Shown here in pieces: positions 8,219-17,299 of a stretch of 36,595 nucleotides of DNA (positions are counted from its first letter, which is position 1; every line of letters starts with the position of its first letter). The notes beneath the pieces are model-generated. The model did no database searches. It was not told the origin of the DNA and was given only the letters and a program-made list of their open reading frames with translations. Made by a program: the position numbers and the translations under genes. This DNA comes from Bacteroidales bacterium (GTDB lineage Bacteria; Bacteroidota; Bacteroidia; Bacteroidales; WCHB1-69), in NCBI GenBank assembly GCA_016290715.1, contig JAEEUY010000094.1:1-36595 (forward strand), in the 5' to 3' direction.

Positions 8219-9544
8219 TTAATTCTCCTCTACCAGCTCGCCTATCAGGGTAGCGGCCGTGCAAGATTTTACTTTTACACGTACATATTCTCCCCTTGTG
8301 TGGGTGGAGCAGGGAAAAACAATCACTTTGTTTTGGCTGTTGCGGCCAAAAAGGTCGTTTGTTGAACGTTTGGAGGTGCCTTCGATGAGTACTTCAAACG
8401 TTTTACCCACATCCTCTTGGTTGCTTTTGAGCGAGAGCTCGCCTTGCAAAGCTATGATCTCTTCCAGCCGTCGCGATTTTACCTCATCAGGAATGTCGTC
8501 GGTAAAGTGGCGGGCGGCAAAAGTATTGTCGCGCCACGAATATTTAAACATATAGGCATAGCTGAATCCCACTTCGCGCATAAGGGAAAGGGTTTCTTGA
8601 TGATTCTCTTCCGTTTCGCCACAAAATCCTGCGATAATGTCGGTAGAGATGGCACAATCGGGGATAAGCTCTTTGATTTTTTGTACCCGTTCCAAATATT
8701 TTTCGCGGGTATATACACGATTCATTCTCTTCAGCATTTCGTTACTTCCTGCTTGAACCGGCAGATGAATGTAGTGACAAACATTGGGGTAGCGGGCAAT
8801 AACTTGCAATAGCTCGTCGGAAATGTCTTTGGGATGTGAGGTGGCGAAGCGTACCCGCAATTGTGGGGAAAGCAGGGCAACTTGTTCCATCAGTTGGGCA
8901 AATGTGGTCGTTTTCCCATCCGCCTGCCAAAGATATGAATTGACATTCTGTCCCAATAAAGTAACCTCTTTGTATCCGTCTTTCAATAACTGTTGGGCTT
9001 CGGCAAGTATTGTTTGTGGAGACCGGCTCCGCTCGCGGCCTCGCGTGTAGGGAACAACACAATAAGAACAGAAATTATTGCACCCACGCATGATAGAAAT
9101 AAAGGCCGAAACGCCATTGGCTGCATACCGAAGAGGAATGATATTTTCGTATGTTTCTGTTTCAGAAAGTGTTACATTGTATGCGGTTTCGCCTTCCGCC
9201 GCCCGCTTTAACAAATCAGGCAGCGTTCGATAAGCATCAGGTCCTGCAATAAAATCCAAAACCTCTTCTTCCTTTAATAGCTGGTCCTTGATTCGTTCGG
9301 CCATACAGCCTAACAAGCCTACAAGCAAACTCGGCTTGCGCTGTTTGTAGGCCGCTATCTCTTTCAAATGTTTCCGGATCCGTTGCTCTGCATTGTCGCG
9401 AATGGAACAAGTGTTAAGCATCCAAACATCCGCTTCTCGAGCATCGGCAGTTACGCTATATTCTGAAGATAAAATGGATGCAATTACTTCACTGTCAGCA
9501 ACATTCATCTGGCATCCAAAAGTTTCAATAAGAAGTTTTTTCAT
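8219..9544 (-). CDS. miaB: tRNA-2-methylthio-N6-dimethylallyladenosine synthase
   Basis: UPF0004 cysteines (GCQMN, NTCSIR, GCMAER), radical SAM motif CNNFCSYC, RGRERSR, and a C-terminal TRAM domain. Confidence 0.97.
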   Translation of the reverse strand: MKKLLIETFGCQMNVADSEVIASILSSEYSVTADAREADVWMLNTCSIRDNAEQRIRKHLKEIAAYKQRKPSLLVGLLGCMAERIKDQLLKEEEVLDFIAGPDAYRTLPDLLKRAAEGETAYNVTLSETETYENIIPLRYAANGVSAFISIMRGCNNFCSYCVVPYTRGRERSRSPQTILAEAQQLLKDGYKEVTLLGQNVNSYLWQADGKTTTFAQLMEQVALLSPQLRVRFATSHPKDISDELLQVIARYPNVCHYIHLPVQAGSNEMLKRMNRVYTREKYLERVQKIKELIPDCAISTDIIAGFCGETEENHQETLSLMREVGFSYAYMFKYSWRDNTFAARHFTDDIPDEVKSRRLEEIIALQGELSLKSNQEDVGKTFEVLIEGTSKRSTNDLFGRNSQNKVIVFPCSTHTRGEYVRVKVKSCTAATLIGELVEEN

Positions 9545-9593
9545 GGTTATTGCCTTGTGCTATGAAACTATTTTCTGTTATTTTTTCAAGAGG

Positions 9594-9601
9594 CAAAAAT
9601 A
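9594..9601 (-). promoter_or_regulatory. -7 element for miaB
   Basis: Minus strand reads TATTTTTG, about 50 nt upstream of the miaB ATG. Confidence 0.6.
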
Positions 9602-9697
9602 GTCATTTTTTTGTCATTGAAACATCTGTCAAAACAGTGATTTTCTTTCGTTATTTCAAAAAAAATATGGATATTTGCACACTTTTTTATGGGTATT

Positions 9698-11383
9698 ATG
9701 AAAAAACATTTTTGGTTGATTTTTTTACTGTTTGCTTGTTCAATTAGTATAGCGCAAGTTCCAGCAAAATATTGGGTTCAGTTTAGCGATAAGGACGATA
9801 CGCCCTATTCCATTGAACGTCCGGAAGAGTTCTTGTCGCCGTTAGCCATAGAAAAGAGAGCTTATCGGAACATCGCCATCACGGAACAGGATCTGCCTGT
9901 GAATGATACGTATGTTGCTCAAGTGATGGAATTGGATACCACCTTGGTGCTGCTTACGAAATCCAAATGGCTCAATGGCATAACCATCTATTCTGAAGAT
10001 TCGCTTATTGCTGAGAAAATCACTCGTCTTCCTTTTGTTGTTTTGTGTGAGAGAACGGCTAAATTGAAAGAAAAAGAGGATTTCAACTATCCTATTTCCC
10101 AATATTCACCAGCTGCTTCGTCTCCATCTAAAATGGGGTCTCCCAAGTCGTATGACTATGGCTATGCCTATCATCAAATGAATTTGAATCATGCGCAATG
10201 GTTGCATTATTTGGGTGCAAGTGGCGAAGGGATGTTGATGGTGGTATTGGATGCGGGATTTAAAAATGCAGATGAAATACCCCACTTTGAGGCTTTGAGA
10301 AATGAGGGCAGGTTGTTGGGAGTGAAGAATTTTGTATTGCCAGGAAAGTCTGTTTTTACGACAGGTTCCCATGGCACTAATGTGTTGTCGTGTATTGCTT
10401 CTTATATTCCAGGGGAGATGATAGGAAGTGCCCCTAAAGCTTCTTTCTACTTGGGAAAGACAGAGGATGAACGTAGTGAGAATATGGTGGAAGTGGATAA
10501 TTGGGTCGCCGCCGTGGAATGGGCGGATAGTTTGGGTTGTGATGTCCTGAATTCCTCTTTGGGCTACCATGACTTTGATGATAAAACCCAATCCTACAGT
10601 TATAACGACCTCAACGGGCACACTTGTCGTGCTTCTATCGCAGCAGATATTGCCGCTTCCAAGGGAATGTTGGTTTGTGTGAGCGCCGGAAATGAAGGGA
10701 ACAGCAAATGGAAGTATATTACGCCGCCGGCGGATGCCGAAAATGTTCTCACTGTCGGAGCTACCGATATTTATGGTAATCATGCCAACTTCTCCTCTTG
10801 GGGACCTACTTCCGATGGCCGGGTAAAACCGGATGCCAATGCCGTCGGCTCAAAAACGTACGTGGCAGATATAAGCGGACAAACGATCTATTCCTACGGA
10901 ACCTCTTTTTCCTCTCCTTTGCTGTCGGGAATGGTGGCCTGCTTGTGGCAACTTTTCCCCGAAAAATCAAATTTGGATGTTATCAAGGCACTGAGAATAA
11001 GCGGAAGTGGCTTTTTCAAACCTACCGAATATGGCGGCTACGGAATTCCTGATTTCTTGTTTGCGTATAATATTTTAAATCAACAAAACAGTCCTTGTCC
11101 CGTTGCTCTTCTTACCCCGCAATCAGTAACGAATAAATCATCTGTAGTGGTCTATTTTTGGTCTGAAAATACTGAAAATATTTTTACTATTGAGACATCG
11201 CTTCCCTCTTCCAATGGAAATGTGATCAGAAAAACCTATAAGGTGTCTTCCGATTTCGGTAAAATAAAAATCAAGTTGCCGAAATTGAGCAAGAATAGTC
11301 CGCGTGATATTGTCGATGTCAAAGTTATTGACCAGATTTCGCACACAAGTAGCGATTGTATTATTGGTCTTGAAAGAAAATAA
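9698..11383 (+). CDS. Secreted S8 (subtilisin-like) serine peptidase
   Basis: Signal peptide; catalytic D (VVLDAGF), H (HGTNVLS) and S (GTSFSSP); oxyanion N (SAGNEG); RVKPD. Start is 9698, or 9689 in frame. Confidence 0.93.
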   Translation: MKKHFWLIFLLFACSISIAQVPAKYWVQFSDKDDTPYSIERPEEFLSPLAIEKRAYRNIAITEQDLPVNDTYVAQVMELDTTLVLLTKSKWLNGITIYSEDSLIAEKITRLPFVVLCERTAKLKEKEDFNYPISQYSPAASSPSKMGSPKSYDYGYAYHQMNLNHAQWLHYLGASGEGMLMVVLDAGFKNADEIPHFEALRNEGRLLGVKNFVLPGKSVFTTGSHGTNVLSCIASYIPGEMIGSAPKASFYLGKTEDERSENMVEVDNWVAAVEWADSLGCDVLNSSLGYHDFDDKTQSYSYNDLNGHTCRASIAADIAASKGMLVCVSAGNEGNSKWKYITPPADAENVLTVGATDIYGNHANFSSWGPTSDGRVKPDANAVGSKTYVADISGQTIYSYGTSFSSPLLSGMVACLWQLFPEKSNLDVIKALRISGSGFFKPTEYGGYGIPDFLFAYNILNQQNSPCPVALLTPQSVTNKSSVVVYFWSENTENIFTIETSLPSSNGNVIRKTYKVSSDFGKIKIKLPKLSKNSPRDIVDVKVIDQISHTSSDCIIGLERK

Positions 11384-11403
11384 ATATTGATAATTAATCT
11401 GTT

Positions 11404-12876
11404 ATGAAAAAATATATTCTTCTTGTTTTATCCGTCCTCATTTTTGGGCAGTTTGCGGCAAAGGCGCAATTTTCTGCTTTAATCAACCAGAATGCTTATG
11501 CTACCCAGAAAATGGAGAGTTATATAGAATTTATGTTTTTGATTGATGGTAAAACGACACAGTATCACCCCAATGAAAAAGGTCGTTATGTTTCAGAGAT
11601 CGAAATCAAAGTTGACATTGCAGATAAAACAAACGATAGTATTGTACAACGGTTGCACTATATTTTGTTGAGCGATGAGTTTGAAGATACGTTGCGTACG
11701 AATAAAGCCTATTTTAGTGATATTAAGAATGTTAAAGTTCCTTGTGGCGATTATTACCTTTACTATACTTTAATTGATATTTACCAAAAGGATACCATTA
11801 ATTATATTGATTTTGTGTCGGTGCAATTTGATGATACAAAAGTGTCCATGTCGAAAATCTCTTTGTGGCGGACCATGGATAAAAGTGGGGAACATGGGTT
11901 CTTCTCAAAATATGGTTATGGAGTCACCCCGCTTTTCCAACAATATGCCCCGCAATCGGTATATGCGCTGCCTTTTACTGTTGAAATTTATAATACGGAA
12001 AAAATCGTGGGAAAAGGGGAAAAATTGATTATTAAAAGCTCTATTACTCCTGCTGAAGTATATCGCACGGCAAAGCAAGAAAATATTGTGTATAAGGATG
12101 TTGTATCTAATAGTGCCTTGCTCTTTATGCATCAATTCAATATTTTTCACCTTGCTTCAGGAAACTATTATCTTGTAGTGGAAGTGCTGGATAAAGACTC
12201 TGTGTTGTTACAGCAGGAAAGCGTTTTCTTTCAAAGAAGTAATCCGTCGGTGAAGTTGGATTTAAAGAATTATGACGATGTGGTGATTGAGAAAACTTTC
12301 GTGGAAGAGATGACCGACCTGAAACAGCTACAAGAAGATGTTGCTTCGTTATACCCCATTGGCAGCCGTCAGGAACAGGAGTTCTTCTTGCAGAGAATGA
12401 AAAAGGTTCCTTTGGACCAGCTGCAGCGTTATTTTTATAGTTTCTGGATGAAACGGAATCCTTCCGACCCCGAAGGCGCGTGGAATGAGTATAAGGAAAA
12501 GTTGGCATACGTGCAGGCTCATTATGGCAGTACCGTTATCAAAGGCTATCGCACTGATCGTGGCCGTGTCTATTTGCGCTATGGCGCACCTACGCACATT
12601 ACTTCCGAACCTTTTGACCCTGCTTCCTATCCATACGAAATATGGCATTATTATGTGATTGATAAACAGACTAATGTGAAATTTATTTTCTATAATAGAG
12701 ATTTAATCTCCAATAATTACGAACTCCTGCATTCCGATTTGATAGGGGAAACACAAGATCCTGCTTGGCAAGTGAAACTGGTGCGCAGAATTAACCCGAT
12801 TTATAACCCCGATATTACAACACCTGAAGAATATTGGGGAGGAAATGCACGTGATCAATATCGCTACAACGAATAA
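11404..12876 (+). CDS. GWxTD-domain secreted protein
   Basis: Signal peptide, beta-rich N-terminal part, then FYSFW..RNP, KGYRTDRGRVYLRYGAP and PYEIWHYY, which are characteristic of the GWxTD domain. Confidence 0.88.
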   Translation: MKKYILLVLSVLIFGQFAAKAQFSALINQNAYATQKMESYIEFMFLIDGKTTQYHPNEKGRYVSEIEIKVDIADKTNDSIVQRLHYILLSDEFEDTLRTNKAYFSDIKNVKVPCGDYYLYYTLIDIYQKDTINYIDFVSVQFDDTKVSMSKISLWRTMDKSGEHGFFSKYGYGVTPLFQQYAPQSVYALPFTVEIYNTEKIVGKGEKLIIKSSITPAEVYRTAKQENIVYKDVVSNSALLFMHQFNIFHLASGNYYLVVEVLDKDSVLLQQESVFFQRSNPSVKLDLKNYDDVVIEKTFVEEMTDLKQLQEDVASLYPIGSRQEQEFFLQRMKKVPLDQLQRYFYSFWMKRNPSDPEGAWNEYKEKLAYVQAHYGSTVIKGYRTDRGRVYLRYGAPTHITSEPFDPASYPYEIWHYYVIDKQTNVKFIFYNRDLISNNYELLHSDLIGETQDPAWQVKLVRRINPIYNPDITTPEEYWGGNARDQYRYNE

Positions 12877-13466
12877 TGAAACGCCTTTTGGACATCATCA
12901 TTTGCTTTATCGCCAGCCTTTTGTTAGCGCCGGTGTGGATTATCTTGCCTTTGCTGATTGTCATTGACTCGGAAGGCAATCCCTTTTATGTCCAAAAACG
13001 CGTCGGAAAAGATAGCAAGGATTTCAATTTGCTGAAATTTAGAACAATGTATGCCGGCACCGACAAAAAAGGTTTGCTTACCGTGGGCGATAACGACCGG
13101 CGTATAACACGTATCGGCTACTTCCTGCGCAAATACAAATTGGATGAATTGCCCCAACTCTTTAATATTATTAAAGGGGATATGAGCATCGTCGGTCCGC
13201 GTCCGGAAGTGAGAAAGTATGTGCAACTCTACAATGAGCATCAACGCAACGTGCTGAAAGTCCGCCCCGGCCTAACCGATTATGCCTCCATAGAGTATAT
13301 TGCTGAAAGTGAGTTGCTGGCGCAAAGTGATGACCCTGAATACACTTATATTCAGGATATTATGCCTAAGAAAATAGAATTGAATCTGAAATATATCGAA
13401 AATCAGTCTCTCCGGTTGGATTTTGAATTAATTGTTAAAACTTTGTTAAAAATTATTGGAAAATAG
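12876..13466 (+). CDS. Sugar transferase (monotopic phosphoglycosyl transferase, PglC/WcaJ catalytic family)
   Basis: KRLLDI, KFRTM, RITRIGYFLRKYKLDELPQLFNIIKGDMSIVGPRPE, RPGLT. Confidence 0.95.
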   Translation: MKRLLDIIICFIASLLLAPVWIILPLLIVIDSEGNPFYVQKRVGKDSKDFNLLKFRTMYAGTDKKGLLTVGDNDRRITRIGYFLRKYKLDELPQLFNIIKGDMSIVGPRPEVRKYVQLYNEHQRNVLKVRPGLTDYASIEYIAESELLAQSDDPEYTYIQDIMPKKIELNLKYIENQSLRLDFELIVKTLLKIIGK

Positions 13467-14122
13467 TGCAGAAAAAGTGTTTTATTTCGTTGGATAAATA
13501 TACTACTGTGGTTGTTGCCAATGGTGAAATGCCTACACATCCGCTGGCTATGGATGCCTTAAAAAATGCCCAAAATATTGTGTGTTGCGATGGCGCGTTC
13601 CATTCATTGCGGAAGTTGGGTATATTGCCGACCGTTATTGTTGGCGACGGTGATTCCCTCTCCCAAGAGGATATTCGAAATTTTGCACATCTGTACGTGC
13701 CCGACAAAAGTACTGAGTACAACGATTTGACCAAGGCTTTTCATATTTGCCGCAAAAACTGCTGGAAAGAGGTGGTGGTATTGGGTGCCACAGGATTGCG
13801 GGAAGATCATGCCTTGGCCAACTTGAGCATTTTGATGAATCTTGAGGAAGGGTTTCATGTGGTGGCTGTGAGCAATTACGGGGTCTTCACGCCAATTGCC
13901 AGAACTACTATTTTTGATAGTTTTGAAGGTCAACCCGTGTCGGTGTTCAGCTTTACTCCTGAAACGGAAATTACCTTCAAGGGTCTGCAATACCCTGTGC
14001 AAAACCGCCAATTCAAGCATTTTTGGGAGGGGTCTCTTAATGTTTCTTTGGGAGAATATTTTACTGTTTCTTTTGATGATGGGAAATTGTTAGTTTATCA
14101 AGCATTTAAAAATCAGATATGA
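13466..14122 (+). CDS. thiN: Thiamine diphosphokinase
   Basis: ANGE, CCDGA, IVGDGDS, NDLTKA, LGATGLREDHALAN, GLQYP. The GTG start overlaps the upstream stop. Confidence 0.9.
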   Translation: MQKKCFISLDKYTTVVVANGEMPTHPLAMDALKNAQNIVCCDGAFHSLRKLGILPTVIVGDGDSLSQEDIRNFAHLYVPDKSTEYNDLTKAFHICRKNCWKEVVVLGATGLREDHALANLSILMNLEEGFHVVAVSNYGVFTPIARTTIFDSFEGQPVSVFSFTPETEITFKGLQYPVQNRQFKHFWEGSLNVSLGEYFTVSFDDGKLLVYQAFKNQI

Positions 14123-14751
14123 TAAAAAATATTATTTTTGATTTGGGTGGAGTAATCTATGATATTCGTTATCAGAATATTGTGGAAAAATTTGCCTCAT
14201 ACGGTATTCCTGATTTTGAAACCTATTACACACAAGCCAATCAAACGGATGTGATTGATCTCTTTGAAGAAGGGAAAATTCCGGTTGAGGATTTTCGTGC
14301 TTATATCCGCTCGCTTTCACCAATCCCGTTGACTGATTATCAAATTGATACAGCGTGGAATGCAATCTTGATTGATGTGCCTTCCGCCCGTGTGGAGATG
14401 CTCTGGAATCTGAAAAAATATTTTCATCTTTTTCTGTTTAGCAATACCAACCAGTTGAATTATGACCAATTTATGACGGATTTGCAGCATAAATTCGGGT
14501 ATGATATTTTTAGTGAGTTGTTTGAAAAAGATTATTTCTCGCATCATATTCATTATAGAAAACCTTGTGAAGAGGCTTTCCGTTATGTCTTGAATGCGCA
14601 AAACCTGATTCCAGAGGAAACACTCTTTATTGATGATACGATTCGCCATATTGAAGGCGCTAAAAAAGTGGGTTTGAATGTGTATCATTTACAAAAAGGG
14701 GAAGATATCTTGGAAAAACGCTGGGCGGCGGCTTTTCATCTGCTGACATAA
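14119..14751 (+). CDS. HAD-family phosphatase (YihX-like)
   Basis: IIFDLGGVI, FSNTN, RKP, LFIDD..RHIEGA. Confidence 0.92.
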   Translation: MIKNIIFDLGGVIYDIRYQNIVEKFASYGIPDFETYYTQANQTDVIDLFEEGKIPVEDFRAYIRSLSPIPLTDYQIDTAWNAILIDVPSARVEMLWNLKKYFHLFLFSNTNQLNYDQFMTDLQHKFGYDIFSELFEKDYFSHHIHYRKPCEEAFRYVLNAQNLIPEETLFIDDTIRHIEGAKKVGLNVYHLQKGEDILEKRWAAAFHLLT

Positions 14752-14785
14752 TGACAGAAATATTTTTTTTGGCAAAGTATTTGTA
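14743..14785 (+). promoter_or_regulatory. Candidate sigma54-type promoter with upstream dyad, ahead of grpE-dnaJ
   Basis: CTGACA-TAA-TGACAG (14743-14757) is followed by TTGGCAAAGTATTTGTA (14769-14785), which has -24/-12 spacing like YTGGCACGRNNNTTGCW. Confidence 0.45.
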
Positions 14786-14852
14786 TCTAAAAGGAACGGC
14801 TTGACAGCATGAAATATTAAATTGATTGTATATAATTGAAAACTAAAATATT

Positions 14853-15509
14853 ATGAGTGAAAAGGAAAATGCATCGACTCTTTCTGAAGAGCAATTAGAC
14901 GAGCAAAAAACGCCACAAACTGACAATGTGTCTAAAGAAGAATCTTCTTTGGAGGAAGAAAATGCGCAATCTGCTGCTGAAAAAACAGAAAAAAAAGCAG
15001 AAAAGGAGGAGGGAAAATCATTCTTCAACAGAAAAAATAGAAAAGAAGAGAAGGCAAAAGAGGAGATTGAAAAATTGGAAAAACAGAATAAGGAGTTGAA
15101 AGACAAATTCTTATTGTTGTATTCTGAATTTGACAATTATAAAAAACGTACTAATAAAGAGAAGTTGGAATTGTTATCTACGGCATCTGAAAAAGTGATT
15201 TTGGAGCTGTTGCCGATTGTGGATGATTTTGAGAGGGCGATTGCCGCCAATGAGAAAGTAGAGAATATTCAAGTGGTAAAAGATGGTTTTAACTTGATAT
15301 ATAATAAGTTATGTCAAATGTTGAAACGTATGGATGTGCAAGAGATAGCTGCTTTGGGTGAAGATTTTAACACAGATTATCATGAAGCGATTACCCATTT
15401 CCCTGCACAAAAGGAAGAAGATAAAGGGAAAGTGATTGACGTTACACAAAAGGGATACAAATTAAAGGATAAGGTGATCCGTTATTCAAAAGTTGTTGTC
15501 GGACAGTAA
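14853..15509 (+). CDS. grpE: Nucleotide exchange factor GrpE
   Basis: EFDNYKKR, LLPIVDDFERA, FNTDYHEAI, KGYKL.DKVIR..KVVV. Lies upstream of dnaJ. Confidence 0.97.
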   Translation: MSEKENASTLSEEQLDEQKTPQTDNVSKEESSLEEENAQSAAEKTEKKAEKEEGKSFFNRKNRKEEKAKEEIEKLEKQNKELKDKFLLLYSEFDNYKKRTNKEKLELLSTASEKVILELLPIVDDFERAIAANEKVENIQVVKDGFNLIYNKLCQMLKRMDVQEIAALGEDFNTDYHEAITHFPAQKEEDKGKVIDVTQKGYKLKDKVIRYSKVVVGQ

Positions 15510-15527
15510 AATAGGAGGGGATTGAAT

Positions 15528-16694
15528 ATGACAAAAAGAGACTATTATGAAATATTAGGCGTAACCAAAGATTCTACGCCAGACGAGATAAAAAGGGCTT
15601 ATCGTAAAAAGGCGATGGAGTTTCATCCTGACCGTAATCCGGGAAACAAGGAAGCGGAAGAGAAATTTAAGGAGGCGGCTGAGGCGTATGATGTATTGAG
15701 CAATCCGGATAAAAAGGCTCGTTATGACCAATTCGGTCATGAGGGTTTGAAAGGGGCCGCGGGCGGCGGTGGCTTTGATGCCAACGATTTAAGTTCTATA
15801 TTTGAACATTTTGGCAATATTTTTGGGGGTAGTTTTGGCGGCGGTTTTAGCGAGTTTTTCGGCGGCGGTTTTGGCGGCGGCAGGGGCCAAAAAGCCAAAC
15901 GCCGTGGTCAGGATATTCGCGTGAATGTGAAACTGACGCTTGAGGAAATTTCTAAAGGAACCACCAAAAAATTGAAAATACCCAAACAAGTAGTCTGCCA
16001 TACTTGCGGAGGAACGGGTGCCAAAGATAAAAATTCAATTATTACTTGCTCTACGTGCCACGGTACAGGACAAATTATTCAACAACAAAGAAGCATGTTC
16101 GGAATCATCCAACAGGCAACCGTTTGTCCACAATGTCATGGTACGGGAGAAATGATTAAAGACAAGTGCCCTGATTGCCGTGGAACGGGTACTGTTCGGG
16201 GAGAGGAAATTGTGGATATTAAAATTCCAGCAGGTGTTATGCAGGGAATGCAACTTCGCGAGCGCGGAAAAGGTAGCGCTGCCCAAAATGGTGGGGTGAA
16301 CGGCGATTTGTTGGTCGTTATCAACGAACTGGAACATCCTCTATTTGAACGGGATGGAAATAATCTCTACCTGAATTACTACATCTCTTTCCCTCAAGCA
16401 GCTCTCGGTGCTGAAGTGGAAATCCCGCTCTTGGAAGGAAAAGCAAAAGTGAAACTTCCCGCTGGAACCCAAAGCGGACAAGTACTGCGTTTACAAGGAA
16501 AAGGCCTCCCGGAAATCAATAGTTACAATGTGGGTGATTTGATTGTAAATGTCAATGTGTGGACACCTAAAACACTCTCGAAAGAGGAAAAAGCCACGAT
16601 TGAAAAATTGATGAATTCAGAGAATTTTCAACCGAAACCCGGCAAAAATGAAAAAAGTTTCTTTTCGAAAGTAAAACAATTTTTTGACAATTAG
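15528..16694 (+). CDS. dnaJ: Molecular chaperone DnaJ
   Basis: J domain with HPD, a G/F-rich region, four CxxCxGxG repeats and the C-terminal domain. ATG at 15528 is preferred over TTG at 15522. Confidence 0.98.
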   Translation: MTKRDYYEILGVTKDSTPDEIKRAYRKKAMEFHPDRNPGNKEAEEKFKEAAEAYDVLSNPDKKARYDQFGHEGLKGAAGGGGFDANDLSSIFEHFGNIFGGSFGGGFSEFFGGGFGGGRGQKAKRRGQDIRVNVKLTLEEISKGTTKKLKIPKQVVCHTCGGTGAKDKNSIITCSTCHGTGQIIQQQRSMFGIIQQATVCPQCHGTGEMIKDKCPDCRGTGTVRGEEIVDIKIPAGVMQGMQLRERGKGSAAQNGGVNGDLLVVINELEHPLFERDGNNLYLNYYISFPQAALGAEVEIPLLEGKAKVKLPAGTQSGQVLRLQGKGLPEINSYNVGDLIVNVNVWTPKTLSKEEKATIEKLMNSENFQPKPGKNEKSFFSKVKQFFDN

Positions 16695-16708
16695 TCATCC
16701 CAAATAAT

Positions 16709-17299
16709 CTATTGAACTGCCTTTTCAAGCATTTCCCATAGAAGTTTAGTGGGTAGTCCCATGACGTTATAATAGGAACCTTCAATATAGTCAATCCCTA
16801 CATAGCCAATCCATTCTTGTACACCATACGCCCCCGCTTTGTCTAAAGGAGCGTATTGGTTGACATAGTAATGGATCTCTTCGTCAGAAATCGTTCTGAA
16901 TTTGACCGTGGTGTTTCTATGGGCAGTTTGAAACCCTTTGGGCGACAATACCGTAACACCGCTCATAACCGTGTGCTCCTCTCCCGAAAGGTTTTGTAAC
17001 ATTGTGACGGCCTCTTCTTTGGATTTTGGTTTGCCCAATATTTGGTTATGAAGTACCACAATCGTGTCGCAAGCGATGAAAATGCTATTATCTGGATATT
17101 TATCTTGTTGAATAGTAGATAGTTTTAAATGGGATAGGTATTCAACGATTTCTTCAGGTTGCAGTCCTGCGGGATATACTTCCGGGACATGGGTGGAGAG
17201 TATTTCAAAATGAATACCCATACCCTGGAGAAGTTCCTTTCTGCGTGGGGATTGGGAGGCAAGATAGAGATGGAAATTTTGTAATTTATCTAATAACAT
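16709..17299 (-). CDS. maf: Maf-family nucleoside triphosphate pyrophosphatase
   Basis: LASQSPRRKELL, CDTIVV, ILGKP, DKAGAYGVQ, GSYYNVMGLP. Confidence 0.95.
   Translation of the reverse strand: MLLDKLQNFHLYLASQSPRRKELLQGMGIHFEILSTHVPEVYPAGLQPEEIVEYLSHLKLSTIQQDKYPDNSIFIACDTIVVLHNQILGKPKSKEEAVTMLQNLSGEEHTVMSGVTVLSPKGFQTAHRNTTVKFRTISDEEIHYYVNQYAPLDKAGAYGVQEWIGYVGIDYIEGSYYNVMGLPTKLLWEMLEKAVQ

Noticed and set aside
14801-14836. TTGACA and TATAAT hexamers upstream of grpE
   Set aside because: The spacer is 24 nt, far from 17, and Bacteroidota sigma70 uses -33/-7 elements.
15750-15890. Repeated GGCGGCGGTTTT-like units
   Set aside because: They simply encode the G/F-rich linker of DnaJ and are not a DNA repeat element.
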